DNA from: Acidimicrobiales bacterium
GTDB taxonomy: Bacteria; Actinomycetota; Acidimicrobiia; Acidimicrobiales; AC-14
Direction of reading: 5' to 3'
Assembly: GCA_035948135.1 (NCBI GenBank)
Contig: DASZJL010000083.1
Coordinates: 1 to 17,730 of the forward strand
DNA length: 17,730 bases
The notes under the pieces were generated by a model. It was not told the origin of the DNA, did not search any database, and worked only from the letters and a program-made list of their open reading frames with translations. The stretch's first letter is position 1. The number at the start of each line of letters is the position of its first letter. Below, one piece after another: positions 6,894-14,458 of this stretch. Made by a program: the position numbers and the translations under genes.

Positions 6894-8579
6894 CTACTCC
6901 GGGGGTAGCACCGCGCGCTTCACCGCCCGTACCACCGTGCGGTCCTCCCGCCGCAGCACGTTCACGTCGTCGGCGAGGGTGCTGACGAGGAACAGGCCGC
7001 GCCCCTCGTCGGCGTCCGGGTCCGGTACGTCGTCGACCGGGCGCCAGTCGAAGCCGCCACCGTCGTCGGAGACCTCGACGACAATGGCGTCGCCGTCGCC
7101 CCAGGCCTGCACCGACAAGGCACCCGGCGCCCCACTCGAGAAGCGCACGGCGTTGGTGCACAGCTCGGAGACCGTGAGCAGCAGGTCTTCGGCGTCCGCC
7201 GGGTCGACGCCAACGTTGTCGAGCCAGTCGCTGAACAGGCTGCGCGCCAGGGGCACAGTGACGGCGTTCGGCGAGAACCGGTACTCGAAGGGCGCAGTAC
7301 GCGGGCGGGGCCCGGGCGCGGGCGTGCGACGGCGGAGCACGAGGGCGAGGGAGTCGTCGCTGCGCATCGCACCGGAGAGGGCGCGTTCGACCAGGGCGCG
7401 CGCCAGGGGACCGGCCGGGTACCCGGCCGCGTCACTCGCCGCCGCGGCGAGGGCGTCCAGCCCGTCGAGGATGTCCTTGGTGGCCTCGACCAGACCGTCG
7501 GTGTAGAGGACGAGGATGTCGAACCGGTCGAGGGTGAACGACACAACCTCGTCGGACCCGGCGCCGGGCCACCCGATGGGGATGCCGGGCGCGGTGATGA
7601 ACCGGGTCTTGCCCTCCGCCGACACGACCAGCGCGGGCGGATGACCGGCTCCGACCAGCTCGACAGTGCCGTCCTCGGGGTGATAGCGGGCGATCAGGGC
7701 AGTGGCCGCGAGGTCGGGACTCTGGGCCGACACCAGTCCGTCAGCCCGTGAGACCAACCTGTTCATCGGGCACCCGTCGAGGACGAGCAGGCGGAGGGCG
7801 TGGGTGACGCTCATGGCGTCCTTGGTGGCGGCCACGCCCTTGCCCACCACGTCGACGACCGCCAAGTGGAGGGAGCCGTCGGGCAGCACGACCCAGTCGT
7901 AGAGGTCGCCGCCGGTGGGCGCGCTCGGGTCGGCGGGCAGGTAGTACACGCCGAGCTCGGCCGTGTCGGCCTCGGGGATGACGGGCCGCACCGCCTCTTG
8001 CAGCTGGTGGACGACCTCCCGTTGTGTGGCCTCCAGCTCGGCCAGGCGATTGACAGCGCGCAGGTTCTCGAGAGCGGCGCCCAGGTGCGCCACCAGCGCG
8101 GTCACCGCCGCGTGCGCTCGCTCGTCGAAGCGGTCGGCGGCGGGGTGGCCGAGCAGCAAGGCCCCATAGGGGCTGCCGTCCGACGCAAGGACGGGCACGG
8201 CCAGGTAGCTCACAACTTCGTCGAACCCCGCGTAGGGACGCAAGCCGCGAAAGCGAGTGCCTTCGCGGATGTCACCGACGCGGACGCCGCCGTTGCCCGC
8301 CGCCACCCCTGCGAACAGCAGCGCGGCCGCGGCCGACGCGAACTCCTCGATCACGTAGCGGGGGCACCCGACGACGAGCTGCACACCACCGCCCTCGGTC
8401 GGCGCCGCCACATATGCCGCGAACGACGCAGCAGTGAGCGACCGGGCCGCTTCCGCCACCCAGGACAGCTTCGACACCAGGTCGCGCCCGCCGTGGACGG
8501 CACGCGCCGCCTCGGCCAGCAGGCCGACGTCACCGCCGATGACGGGCGAATCCTCGGTTACGAGCCGCTCGTCGGCCAC
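6894..8579 (-). CDS. GAF – PP2C/SpoIIE (PPM) phosphatase – HATPase_c (RsbW-like kinase) tri-domain signalling protein; start uncertain (GTG 8579 preferred, ATG 8843 alternative)
   Basis: The GAF region is GVQLVVGCPRYVIEEF…YLAVPVLASDGSPYGALLLGHPAADRFDE. The PPM motifs are GGDLYDWVVLPDGSLHLAVVDVVGKGVAAT and YTDGLVEA. The GHKL kinase domain has ELCTNAVRFS, DDGGGF and GRGLFLV. Between 8843 and 8620 the long frame is full of rare AGG/CGG/AGT/TCT codons, whereas the +1 frame has normal codon usage and stops at 8620. Confidence 0.8.
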   Translation of the reverse strand: MADERLVTEDSPVIGGDVGLLAEAARAVHGGRDLVSKLSWVAEAARSLTAASFAAYVAAPTEGGGVQLVVGCPRYVIEEFASAAAALLFAGVAAGNGGVRVGDIREGTRFRGLRPYAGFDEVVSYLAVPVLASDGSPYGALLLGHPAADRFDERAHAAVTALVAHLGAALENLRAVNRLAELEATQREVVHQLQEAVRPVIPEADTAELGVYYLPADPSAPTGGDLYDWVVLPDGSLHLAVVDVVGKGVAATKDAMSVTHALRLLVLDGCPMNRLVSRADGLVSAQSPDLAATALIARYHPEDGTVELVGAGHPPALVVSAEGKTRFITAPGIPIGWPGAGSDEVVSFTLDRFDILVLYTDGLVEATKDILDGLDALAAAASDAAGYPAGPLARALVERALSGAMRSDDSLALVLRRRTPAPGPRPRTAPFEYRFSPNAVTVPLARSLFSDWLDNVGVDPADAEDLLLTVSELCTNAVRFSSGAPGALSVQAWGDGDAIVVEVSDDGGGFDWRPVDDVPDPDADEGRGLFLVSTLADDVNVLRREDRTVVRAVKRAVLPPE

Positions 8580-8619
8580 GCGCGGAGAGTACCCCCAGGG
8601 GTCCGCGATCGGACTTGGC

Positions 8620-8835
8620 TCAAGGGGTCGGGTCGACCGTCTCCTCGGAGCGCCGGTGCTCGACGTGGCCGCCGCCCCTATCGGGTGACGACGCCTGCGC
8701 CTCCCGCTCGTCGGAGTCGGCGAGGATGGCCGCCGCCTGCTCCTCAGCGTCGAGGTCGTCGCCGGCCAGCTCGGGCTCCTCGACCTCCAGCTCCGCCGCC
8801 CGGCTCGCCACCCGCTTGTCACGCTCCTCGGCCAC
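8620..8835 (-). CDS. Small acidic ORF (71 aa) upstream of the phosphatase gene, or a frameshifted N-terminal extension of it
   Basis: The GTG at 8835 (preceded by GGTGA) encodes VAEERDKRVASRAAELEVEEPELAGDDLDAEEQAAAILADSDEREAQASSPDRGGGHVEHRRSEETVDPTP. Codon usage in this frame (GAG/GAC/GCC/CTG) is much more coding-like than the overlapping frame of the 649-aa ORF. It ends at TGA 8622-8620, exactly where the other frame starts to make protein sense. Confidence 0.35.
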   Translation of the reverse strand: MAEERDKRVASRAAELEVEEPELAGDDLDAEEQAAAILADSDEREAQASSPDRGGGHVEHRRSEETVDPTP

Positions 8836-8898
8836 GCGGTCACCGTAGTGCCCGTCGGCGGGACCGCCGGGCGCCCCCTCTCCTAAGCTCGACGCACC

Positions 8899-9411
8899 AT
8901 GCAGTCGACTGCGGGCGAGGTGGGCGCGGTGACGGGCCCGGTCAAGGCCGCCCAGGCGTGGATCGAGGCGGTGCAGCTCGGGCGCTACGACGCGGCGTGG
9001 GCGATGACCGAGCCGAGGCTCCGTCTGGTCCGGGCCCAGGCGTGGATCTGGAACAACCGCAAGGACGCCGACATCGCCGCCCTCGATCGCGACGAGCTTG
9101 CTCGCGCCCTCGCAGAGGAGCGGCCCGATCACGCCCTGTGGGGCGACTTCGCGGCCACCGAGGTCCACCAGATGCGGGGGGTGTACGGAACGTTCCGCCC
9201 CGAGAACTGGGGTGCGTCCAGTGGCCCGAGCGCAGCCGGACCCGACTACACGCTCGTCCTCTTCGCCCACCTCACCGGCGACCCGCTGATCCTCACCGAC
9301 CAGCCGCCGGTGTTCAGCCTGGCCTTCCTGATGCACGCCGCCGGACGGGGCTGGGCGCTGGCCAGTTTCTCTGACGCCCCGCCCAAGCCGGGCTGGCCGC
9401 CGAAGCTTTAG
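8899..9411 (+). CDS. Hypothetical protein, 170 aa; possible NTF2-like (SnoaL/DUF4440-type) fold
   Basis: Codon usage is good. The N-terminal AAQAWIEAVQLGRYDAAWAMT resembles the opening helix of NTF2-like proteins. There is no clear Shine-Dalgarno sequence. It sits between the phosphatase/kinase gene and the STAS gene. Confidence 0.6.
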   Translation: MQSTAGEVGAVTGPVKAAQAWIEAVQLGRYDAAWAMTEPRLRLVRAQAWIWNNRKDADIAALDRDELARALAEERPDHALWGDFAATEVHQMRGVYGTFRPENWGASSGPSAAGPDYTLVLFAHLTGDPLILTDQPPVFSLAFLMHAAGRGWALASFSDAPPKPGWPPKL

Positions 9412-9510
9412 CGGATCGTCAACTGGCGTTCGCGGGCGAGGGTGTACGGTCGCGACGTCGCGCACTTTCGGGCGGATTGAGCGCACCGCAGCCGGATCCA
9501 CAGGGGGGGC

Positions 9511-9840
9511 ATGGAGAAGTTCGGCATCGAGGCGTCCCGTAGCAACGGCACCGCGGTCGTCGCCGTACGCGGCGAGGTGGACCTCTACACCGCTCCCCAG
9601 GTGTGGGAAACGATCGACAAGGCCATCGCGGGCGCGCCCGAGGAACTGGTGATCGACCTGAGCGACGTCACCTTCCTCGACTCGAGCGGGTTGAGCGTGC
9701 TGGTGCGGGCCCACAAGCGGCTGCGGCCGGTCCAGCGCACCGTCGTGGTGCGGGGCGCCAACGACCAGGTCTACATGGCCCTCGAGATGACCAGGCTCAC
9801 CAAGGTGCTCAGCGTCGAGGCGGCCGCCCCGACGAACTGA
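9511..9840 (+). CDS. STAS-domain anti-sigma-factor antagonist (SpoIIAA/RsbV-like), 109 aa
   Basis: MEKFGIEASRSNGTAVVAVRGEVDLYTA…VIDLSDVTFLDSSGLSVLV carries the phosphorylatable Ser in DSSG. A GGGGGG Shine-Dalgarno sequence sits 3 nt upstream. Confidence 0.85.
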   Translation: MEKFGIEASRSNGTAVVAVRGEVDLYTAPQVWETIDKAIAGAPEELVIDLSDVTFLDSSGLSVLVRAHKRLRPVQRTVVVRGANDQVYMALEMTRLTKVLSVEAAAPTN

Positions 9841-9846
9841 GGCAGC

Positions 9847-11154
9847 TCAGCCGTTCTTGGGGAGCTCCCGGAACGGCGTGGTCTTGTCGTTGTTGGGTTC
9901 CTTGGGGAGCCCGAGCACGCGCTCGCCGATGATGTTGTGCTGGATCTCGTCGGTGCCGCCGTAGATCGACGGGCCCGGTGAGAACAGCGCCATCTCGGTG
10001 ACGATGGCGCCGAAGGGATTACCGGTGGCGTCGTCGAGAACCTTGCGGTCCTCCGGCGTATACGCGTGCAGCGTGCCGAGGGGGCCGAGGATGCGCAGGC
10101 CCAGGTCACGGGACAGGCGCAGGATGCGGCTCATCGACAGCTTGGCGATGTTGCCGATCCCGGGGATGTCCGCGCCGCTCGACTTCATCGCCTTCTGGCG
10201 AAGGTTGGTGAAGCGGGCGATCTCGTTGAGCGTGTGCAGCTCCATCAGGTCCTGGCGCACGGTCGCGTCGTTGATCTTCCCGTTGCCCTTGGCCAACTCG
10301 GTGAGCAGGCGCTCGGCGTTGGCGAACATCCCCGGTGCGCCCGAGCGGTCCCGCCGGGTGACGAAGTCGCCGGCCCGCTTCGTGAGGTTGCCCATCACGG
10401 TTCCTGGCACGGCCGCGCCGCCGGCCGCGGAGCCACCGCCGGCACCGAGTCCCGCCCGCTCGAACGCCAGGGTCGTGTTGGCGACCGCCCAGCCCTTGTT
10501 GACGCCGCCGATGCAAGCGTCGTCGGCCACACGCGCGTCGGTGATGAACACCTCGTTGAACAGGGCCCGGCCCGTCATCTCCCGCAGCGGTCGCACTTCG
10601 ACGCCCTCCTGATGCATGTCGAACGCGAAATAGCTGATGCCGCTGTGCTTGGGCACGTCGGCGTCGGTGCGGGCCAGCAGCATGCCGAGATCGGCCGCCT
10701 GGCCGCCCGACGTCCACACCTTCTGGCCGTTGATCACCCACTCCTCGCCGTCCTTGACGGCGCGGGTCTGCAGGCCGGCCAGGTCGGACCCGGCGCCGGG
10801 CTCGCTGAACAGCTGGCACCACGCCTTCTTGCCGGTGACGATGTCGGGCAGGTAACGCTGCTTCTGCTCGTCGGTGCCGTGGGTGTAGATCGTCGGTCCC
10901 GCGAGCAGCAGGCCCAGTCCCCCGGGCGGGCCGAGGGCGCCGAAGTCGGCGATGGCCTGGCCGACCCGGATGCCGTCGCCGCGGGAGAGGCCCTTGCCGA
11001 AGGACTCTTCGGGCCACGTGGGCACCGCCCAGCCGGACATGCCGAGGAGCTCCCACCATTCGCCGACGGTGAGGTCAGGGTTCCAGTTCTCCTCCAGCCA
11101 GGCGGTGACCTCGGTGGTCACGTCCTCGCTCGTGCGGCGGGCGGTGTCAGTCAT
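9847..11154 (-). CDS. Acyl-CoA dehydrogenase family protein, 435 aa
   Basis: MTDTARRTSEDVTTEVTAWLEENW…WCQLFSEPGAGSDLAGLQTRA…YGGTDEIQHNIIGERVLGLP has the ACAD N-terminal, middle and C-terminal signatures. It is convergent with the STAS gene with a 6-nt gap. Confidence 0.9.
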   Translation of the reverse strand: MTDTARRTSEDVTTEVTAWLEENWNPDLTVGEWWELLGMSGWAVPTWPEESFGKGLSRGDGIRVGQAIADFGALGPPGGLGLLLAGPTIYTHGTDEQKQRYLPDIVTGKKAWCQLFSEPGAGSDLAGLQTRAVKDGEEWVINGQKVWTSGGQAADLGMLLARTDADVPKHSGISYFAFDMHQEGVEVRPLREMTGRALFNEVFITDARVADDACIGGVNKGWAVANTTLAFERAGLGAGGGSAAGGAAVPGTVMGNLTKRAGDFVTRRDRSGAPGMFANAERLLTELAKGNGKINDATVRQDLMELHTLNEIARFTNLRQKAMKSSGADIPGIGNIAKLSMSRILRLSRDLGLRILGPLGTLHAYTPEDRKVLDDATGNPFGAIVTEMALFSPGPSIYGGTDEIQHNIIGERVLGLPKEPNNDKTTPFRELPKNG

Positions 11155-11171
11155 AGGACCAGTCCATCCAA

Positions 11172-11191
11172 ACTTGACCGCGCGGTCAAGT
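11172..11191. promoter_or_regulatory. 20-bp perfect palindrome ACTTGACCGCGCGGTCAAGT between the SET stop and the acyl-CoA dehydrogenase start
   Basis: I read this directly from the sequence. It lies 18 nt upstream of the ACAD start codon. It is a candidate TetR/FadR-type operator, or a hairpin terminator for the SET gene (on minus-strand RNA it is followed by UUUGG). Confidence 0.4.
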
Positions 11192-11210
11192 TCAGTTCCT
11201 CAGGGGGACG

Positions 11211-11597
11211 TCACTGTTCGTCGAACCAGAGCTCGAGCCGCCCGTCGGGATCCCCGCTGTAGTTGATGGTGACTTCCTCGCCCGCCCCTATGGGGCGCAG
11301 GGCGATGTAGCGGACGACGTCGGCGTCGTGGTCGTGCTCGTAACGGGCGCCGGGATCCCAGGCGTGGTTGTAGAGGCTCCCGTAGCCGAGGGCGATGGCG
11401 CAGTGGTCGTCGTCCCATTCGAAGCAGTAGCCGTCGAGGCCCACAGCGACGACGGCGCCGGCGGGGACGAGGAGCACGGGACACTCCTCGATGACCTCCT
11501 CGGCCGCGAACGGGCGCGCCGCAAAGACGCCGCGTCCGTGTACCGGCGACGCGGCGACGAAGACGCCGTTGAGGGTGGTTTGGGCGCGCAACGCCAT
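11211..11597 (-). CDS. Minimal bacterial SET-domain protein (putative protein-lysine methyltransferase), 128 aa
   Basis: The ATG at 11597 has AGGGAG upstream. GRGVFAARPFAAEEVI resembles the SET-N GxG motif. LYNHAWDPGARY resembles the NHSCxPN motif. ALRPIGAGEEVTINYSGD resembles the GEELTxDY post-SET core. The track ORF starts at the GTG at 11615, 6 codons upstream. Confidence 0.75.
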   Translation of the reverse strand: MALRAQTTLNGVFVAASPVHGRGVFAARPFAAEEVIEECPVLLVPAGAVVAVGLDGYCFEWDDDHCAIALGYGSLYNHAWDPGARYEHDHDADVVRYIALRPIGAGEEVTINYSGDPDGRLELWFDEQ

Positions 11598-11685
11598 GAC
11601 TCCCTGGCGTACCACATTTGGCGCGCCACCTAACTCGCAAAAAGGCGAGGTCGATTACGCGGCGCTCGGCAGTACGTTGAAGGCA

Positions 11686-12546
11686 ATGAGGTACGGCGCA
11701 ACGCCGACTGCGGTCGTAGGCGGCGTCGAGCCCGAGAACGACGCCGCTCCGCCGACCGGCCAGGGCCCTTGGCGCCGCCGAGCCTGGGTCAGCCTGGGCG
11801 TCGTCGGAGTGCTCGCTGTGGGCGCGCTCGTGTGGGCCAGCGTCCACGGTTCCTCGAAGCCCTCTGTCAGCAAGTCCGACGTCGGCAAGATCGTCGACGG
11901 CAAAGTGGGCAAAGCGGTGAACGACCTCAATAGCCAACCGGCGCCGGGCGTCAGCATCTTCTCGAGCGTCCGGCCTGAACTCGTCGTCGTCGAGTCCCAG
12001 GGTGCCGGGCACTCGAGCGACTCCTCGCTTGGCTCGGGGTTCATCGCCAACACCCAGGGCCAGATCATGACGGCGCTGCACGTCGTGCAGGACAGCGGGA
12101 AGATCACCGTGACGTTCGCCGACGGCACGCAATCCAGCGCGACGATCGCGTCGTCCGACGCCGACCACGACGTGGCCGTCCTCAATGCCGCCCAGCCCCC
12201 GGGCGTGATCGTGCCCGCCGTACTGGGCGGCGCGGTCCGGGTCGGCGACGAGACGTTCGCCATCGGCCATCCCCTCGGCCTCATCGACTCGCTGACCGCC
12301 GGCGTGATCTCCGGCCTCGACCGCTCGTTCCCGCTCCCCAACGGCCGCACGCTCAACGGCCTCATCCAGTTCGACGCCGCCGTGAGTCCCGGGAACTCGG
12401 GCGGGCCGCTGCTCAACAGAAAGGGCCAAGTGATCGGAATCGTGACCGGACTCGCCAACCCCTCCGGCAACGAGGACAACGTCGGCATCGGCTTCGCCGT
12501 GCCCATCGCGTCCGCCGGCCGAGCGGCAGGAGCACCAGCGCAATGA
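11686..12546 (+). CDS. Membrane-anchored trypsin-like serine protease (S1C/HtrA-like catalytic domain, no PDZ), 286 aa
   Basis: The ATG at 11686 has GAAGG upstream. There is a TM segment WVSLGVVGVLAVGALVWASV. The catalytic triad contexts are TALHVV, DHDVAVL and GNSGGPL. The track start at 11491 would overlap the divergent SET gene. The stop overlaps the moxR start (ATGA). Confidence 0.8.
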   Translation: MRYGATPTAVVGGVEPENDAAPPTGQGPWRRRAWVSLGVVGVLAVGALVWASVHGSSKPSVSKSDVGKIVDGKVGKAVNDLNSQPAPGVSIFSSVRPELVVVESQGAGHSSDSSLGSGFIANTQGQIMTALHVVQDSGKITVTFADGTQSSATIASSDADHDVAVLNAAQPPGVIVPAVLGGAVRVGDETFAIGHPLGLIDSLTAGVISGLDRSFPLPNGRTLNGLIQFDAAVSPGNSGGPLLNRKGQVIGIVTGLANPSGNEDNVGIGFAVPIASAGRAAGAPAQ

Positions 12547-13586
12547 CCACCCGCCGTACCCGTACCGCCCGGCCGCCCGAGACCTCCCTCGAGGAGGTGC
12601 TCTATCAGGTCAAGCGCGTCATCGTCGGCCAGGACGCGCTGCTCGAACGCATGCTCGTGGCCCTGCTGGCCCGCGGCCACCTGCTTGTCGAGGGTGTCCC
12701 CGGCCTGGCCAAGACGCTCTCTGTCAACACACTGGCCAATGCCATCGGCTGCCAGTTCCAGCGCATCCAGTTCACGCCCGACCTGGTGCCGGCCGACATC
12801 GTCGGCACGCGGATCTACAACCAGAAGCTGGGCGAGTTCCAGGTCGCGCTGGGACCGATCTTCGCCAACCTCGTGCTGGCGGACGAGATCAACCGCGCCC
12901 CGGCGAAAGTCCAGAGCGCGCTGCTCGAAGCGATGCAGGAACGCCAGGTCACCATCGGCCGGGAGACCCACCATCTCCCCGACCCCTTCCTCGTGATGGC
13001 CACACAGAACCCGATCGAGACCGACGGCACGTACCCGCTGCCCGAGGCACAGGTCGACCGGTTCATGCTCAAGGTGCTGGTCGACTACCCGTCGGCTACC
13101 GAGGAGTTCGTCATCGTCGAGCGCATGGTGGGCGCGCTCGACACCGTGCAGAGCGTGCTCGGGACCGCCGAGTTGGCGGCGTTGCAGTCGGCCACCCAGG
13201 CCGTCTACGTCGACCCGGCGCTGATCGAGTACGCCGTCCGCGTCGCCACCGCCACCCGGGATTTGGCGGCCGTGAACCTCAAGGACCTCGTGCGGTTCGT
13301 CACCTACGGCGCCAGCCCGCGCGCGTCGATCAACATGATCCTGGCGGGCCAGGCCTTGGCGCTCATCCGGGGTCGCGATTACGCCCTGGCGAGCGACGTC
13401 ACTGCCCTCGCCGCCGACGTGCTGCGCCACCGGTTGGTGCTCTCCTACGAGGCGCTCGCAGAGGACGTCACCGCCGACGACATCATCAACCGGGTGCTGA
13501 CGGCGATCCCGGCGCCGGAGGTCGCACCCCGGGCCGAGGGCAGCCGCGGCGGTGACGAGCAGCAATGGATGCCAGGCCCGCGCTGA
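12543..13586 (+). CDS. moxR: MoxR-family AAA+ ATPase, 347 aa
   Basis: VIVGQDALLERMLVALLARGHLLVEGVPGLAKT (Walker A), LVLADEINRAPAKVQSALLEAMQERQVTIG and MATQNPIE form the canonical MoxR signature. Confidence 0.9.
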   Translation: MTTRRTRTARPPETSLEEVLYQVKRVIVGQDALLERMLVALLARGHLLVEGVPGLAKTLSVNTLANAIGCQFQRIQFTPDLVPADIVGTRIYNQKLGEFQVALGPIFANLVLADEINRAPAKVQSALLEAMQERQVTIGRETHHLPDPFLVMATQNPIETDGTYPLPEAQVDRFMLKVLVDYPSATEEFVIVERMVGALDTVQSVLGTAELAALQSATQAVYVDPALIEYAVRVATATRDLAAVNLKDLVRFVTYGASPRASINMILAGQALALIRGRDYALASDVTALAADVLRHRLVLSYEALAEDVTADDIINRVLTAIPAPEVAPRAEGSRGGDEQQWMPGPR

Positions 13587-14458
13587 CGCCCGACCGGGTT
13601 CTGCGCCGCCTCGAATGGCACGTGATCCGTCGTCTCGACGGTCGCATGCAGGGCGACTATCGAACGCTGATCCGGGGACAAGGCACCGACTTCCGCGACC
13701 TGCGTGAGTACGAACCGGGCGACGACGTGCGCCACGTCGACTGGAACGTCACCGCCCGCATGGACGCCCTGTACGTCCGTGAGTACACAGAGGACAGGGA
13801 GCTCACGGCGTGGCTGCTCCTCGATCGCTCGCCCTCGATGGGCTTCGGGCCCGTCGACCGGACGAAGGAGGGCCTCCTCCGCGACTTCACGACGACGATC
13901 GCCCGTCTGCTGATCCGCAGCGGCAACCGCGTGGGTGCGATCCTCTACGACAACGACGTCTCGCGCGTGATTCCCCCGCGCCAAGGTCGCAACCAGGTTC
14001 TCCTCCTGCTGCGCGACCTCCTGCGGCCCGTGCAGACCGCGGGCAACGTCACCGACCTCCGGCGCTTGCTGGACACGGCGGCCCGAGTGATCAAACGCCG
14101 GTCATTGATCGTGCTCGTGTCGGACTTCATCAGCGAGCCCGGATGGGAGCGGTCGCTGGCCCGCCTCACCGAGCGCCACGAAGTGGTTGCAGTGCGCCTC
14201 TTCGACCCCCGCGAGTACGAGCTGCCCGACGCCGGCCTGATCGCGGTGCAGGACGCCGAGACCGGCGAGCAGCTGATGGTCGACTCCAGCGACCCCGAGT
14301 TCCGGCGCCGCCTTCGCCGGGCCGGCGAGGAGCGAGCGATCGCGGTGCGCGACGCCACTCGGCGCGCCGGCGTCGACCTGCACGTGATCTCGACCGACGA
14401 TGACCTGGTCGAGGCCTTCGTCGAGATCGTCGAGTCCCGCAAGCGGCGGGTGCGCTGA
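13565..14458 (+). CDS. DUF58 domain protein (MoxR-partner, VWA-like), 297 aa
   Basis: GQGTDFRDLREYEPGDDVRHVDWNVTARMDALYVREY is the DUF58 signature. It overlaps the moxR 3' end by 22 nt, and its stop overlaps the next start (TGATG). Confidence 0.85.
   Translation: MDARPALTPDRVLRRLEWHVIRRLDGRMQGDYRTLIRGQGTDFRDLREYEPGDDVRHVDWNVTARMDALYVREYTEDRELTAWLLLDRSPSMGFGPVDRTKEGLLRDFTTTIARLLIRSGNRVGAILYDNDVSRVIPPRQGRNQVLLLLRDLLRPVQTAGNVTDLRRLLDTAARVIKRRSLIVLVSDFISEPGWERSLARLTERHEVVAVRLFDPREYELPDAGLIAVQDAETGEQLMVDSSDPEFRRRLRRAGEERAIAVRDATRRAGVDLHVISTDDDLVEAFVEIVESRKRRVR

Noticed and set aside
6823-7161. 113-aa Arg-rich N-terminal extension of the flotillin ORF
   Set aside because: It overlaps the 3' end of the phosphatase/kinase gene in another frame. 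It gives a poly-Arg low-complexity translation. The ATG at 6822 immediately precedes the TM anchor.
7800-9374. 524-aa plus-strand ORF, and the remainder of the 364-aa minus ORF 8620..9714
   Set aside because: They are antisense to the well-supported PP2C/GAF gene and to the NTF2-like gene respectively. Composition is Arg/Gly/Pro-rich. Only the 8620..8835 portion of the minus ORF has coding-like codon usage.
9412-9510. SigF/SigB-type promoter (GTTT…GGGTAT-like) upstream of the STAS gene
   Set aside because: GGGTGTA is present, but the only upstream GTT is about 10 nt away. Spacing does not fit the 15-17 nt consensus, so it is not supportable from sequence alone.
10066-11262. 398-aa plus ORF and the 317-aa minus ORF over the acyl-CoA dehydrogenase
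   Set aside because: These are shadow ORFs on the opposite strand or an alternate frame of a confidently identified ACAD gene.
11491-11685. Upstream start at 11491 for the S1 protease
   Set aside because: It would overlap the divergent SET gene by more than 100 nt. The ATG at 11686, with GAAGG upstream, precedes the TM segment and gives normal length.
11200-13565. 447-aa and 636-aa minus-strand ORFs
   Set aside because: They are antisense to the S1 protease and moxR genes, with low-complexity Arg-rich translations.
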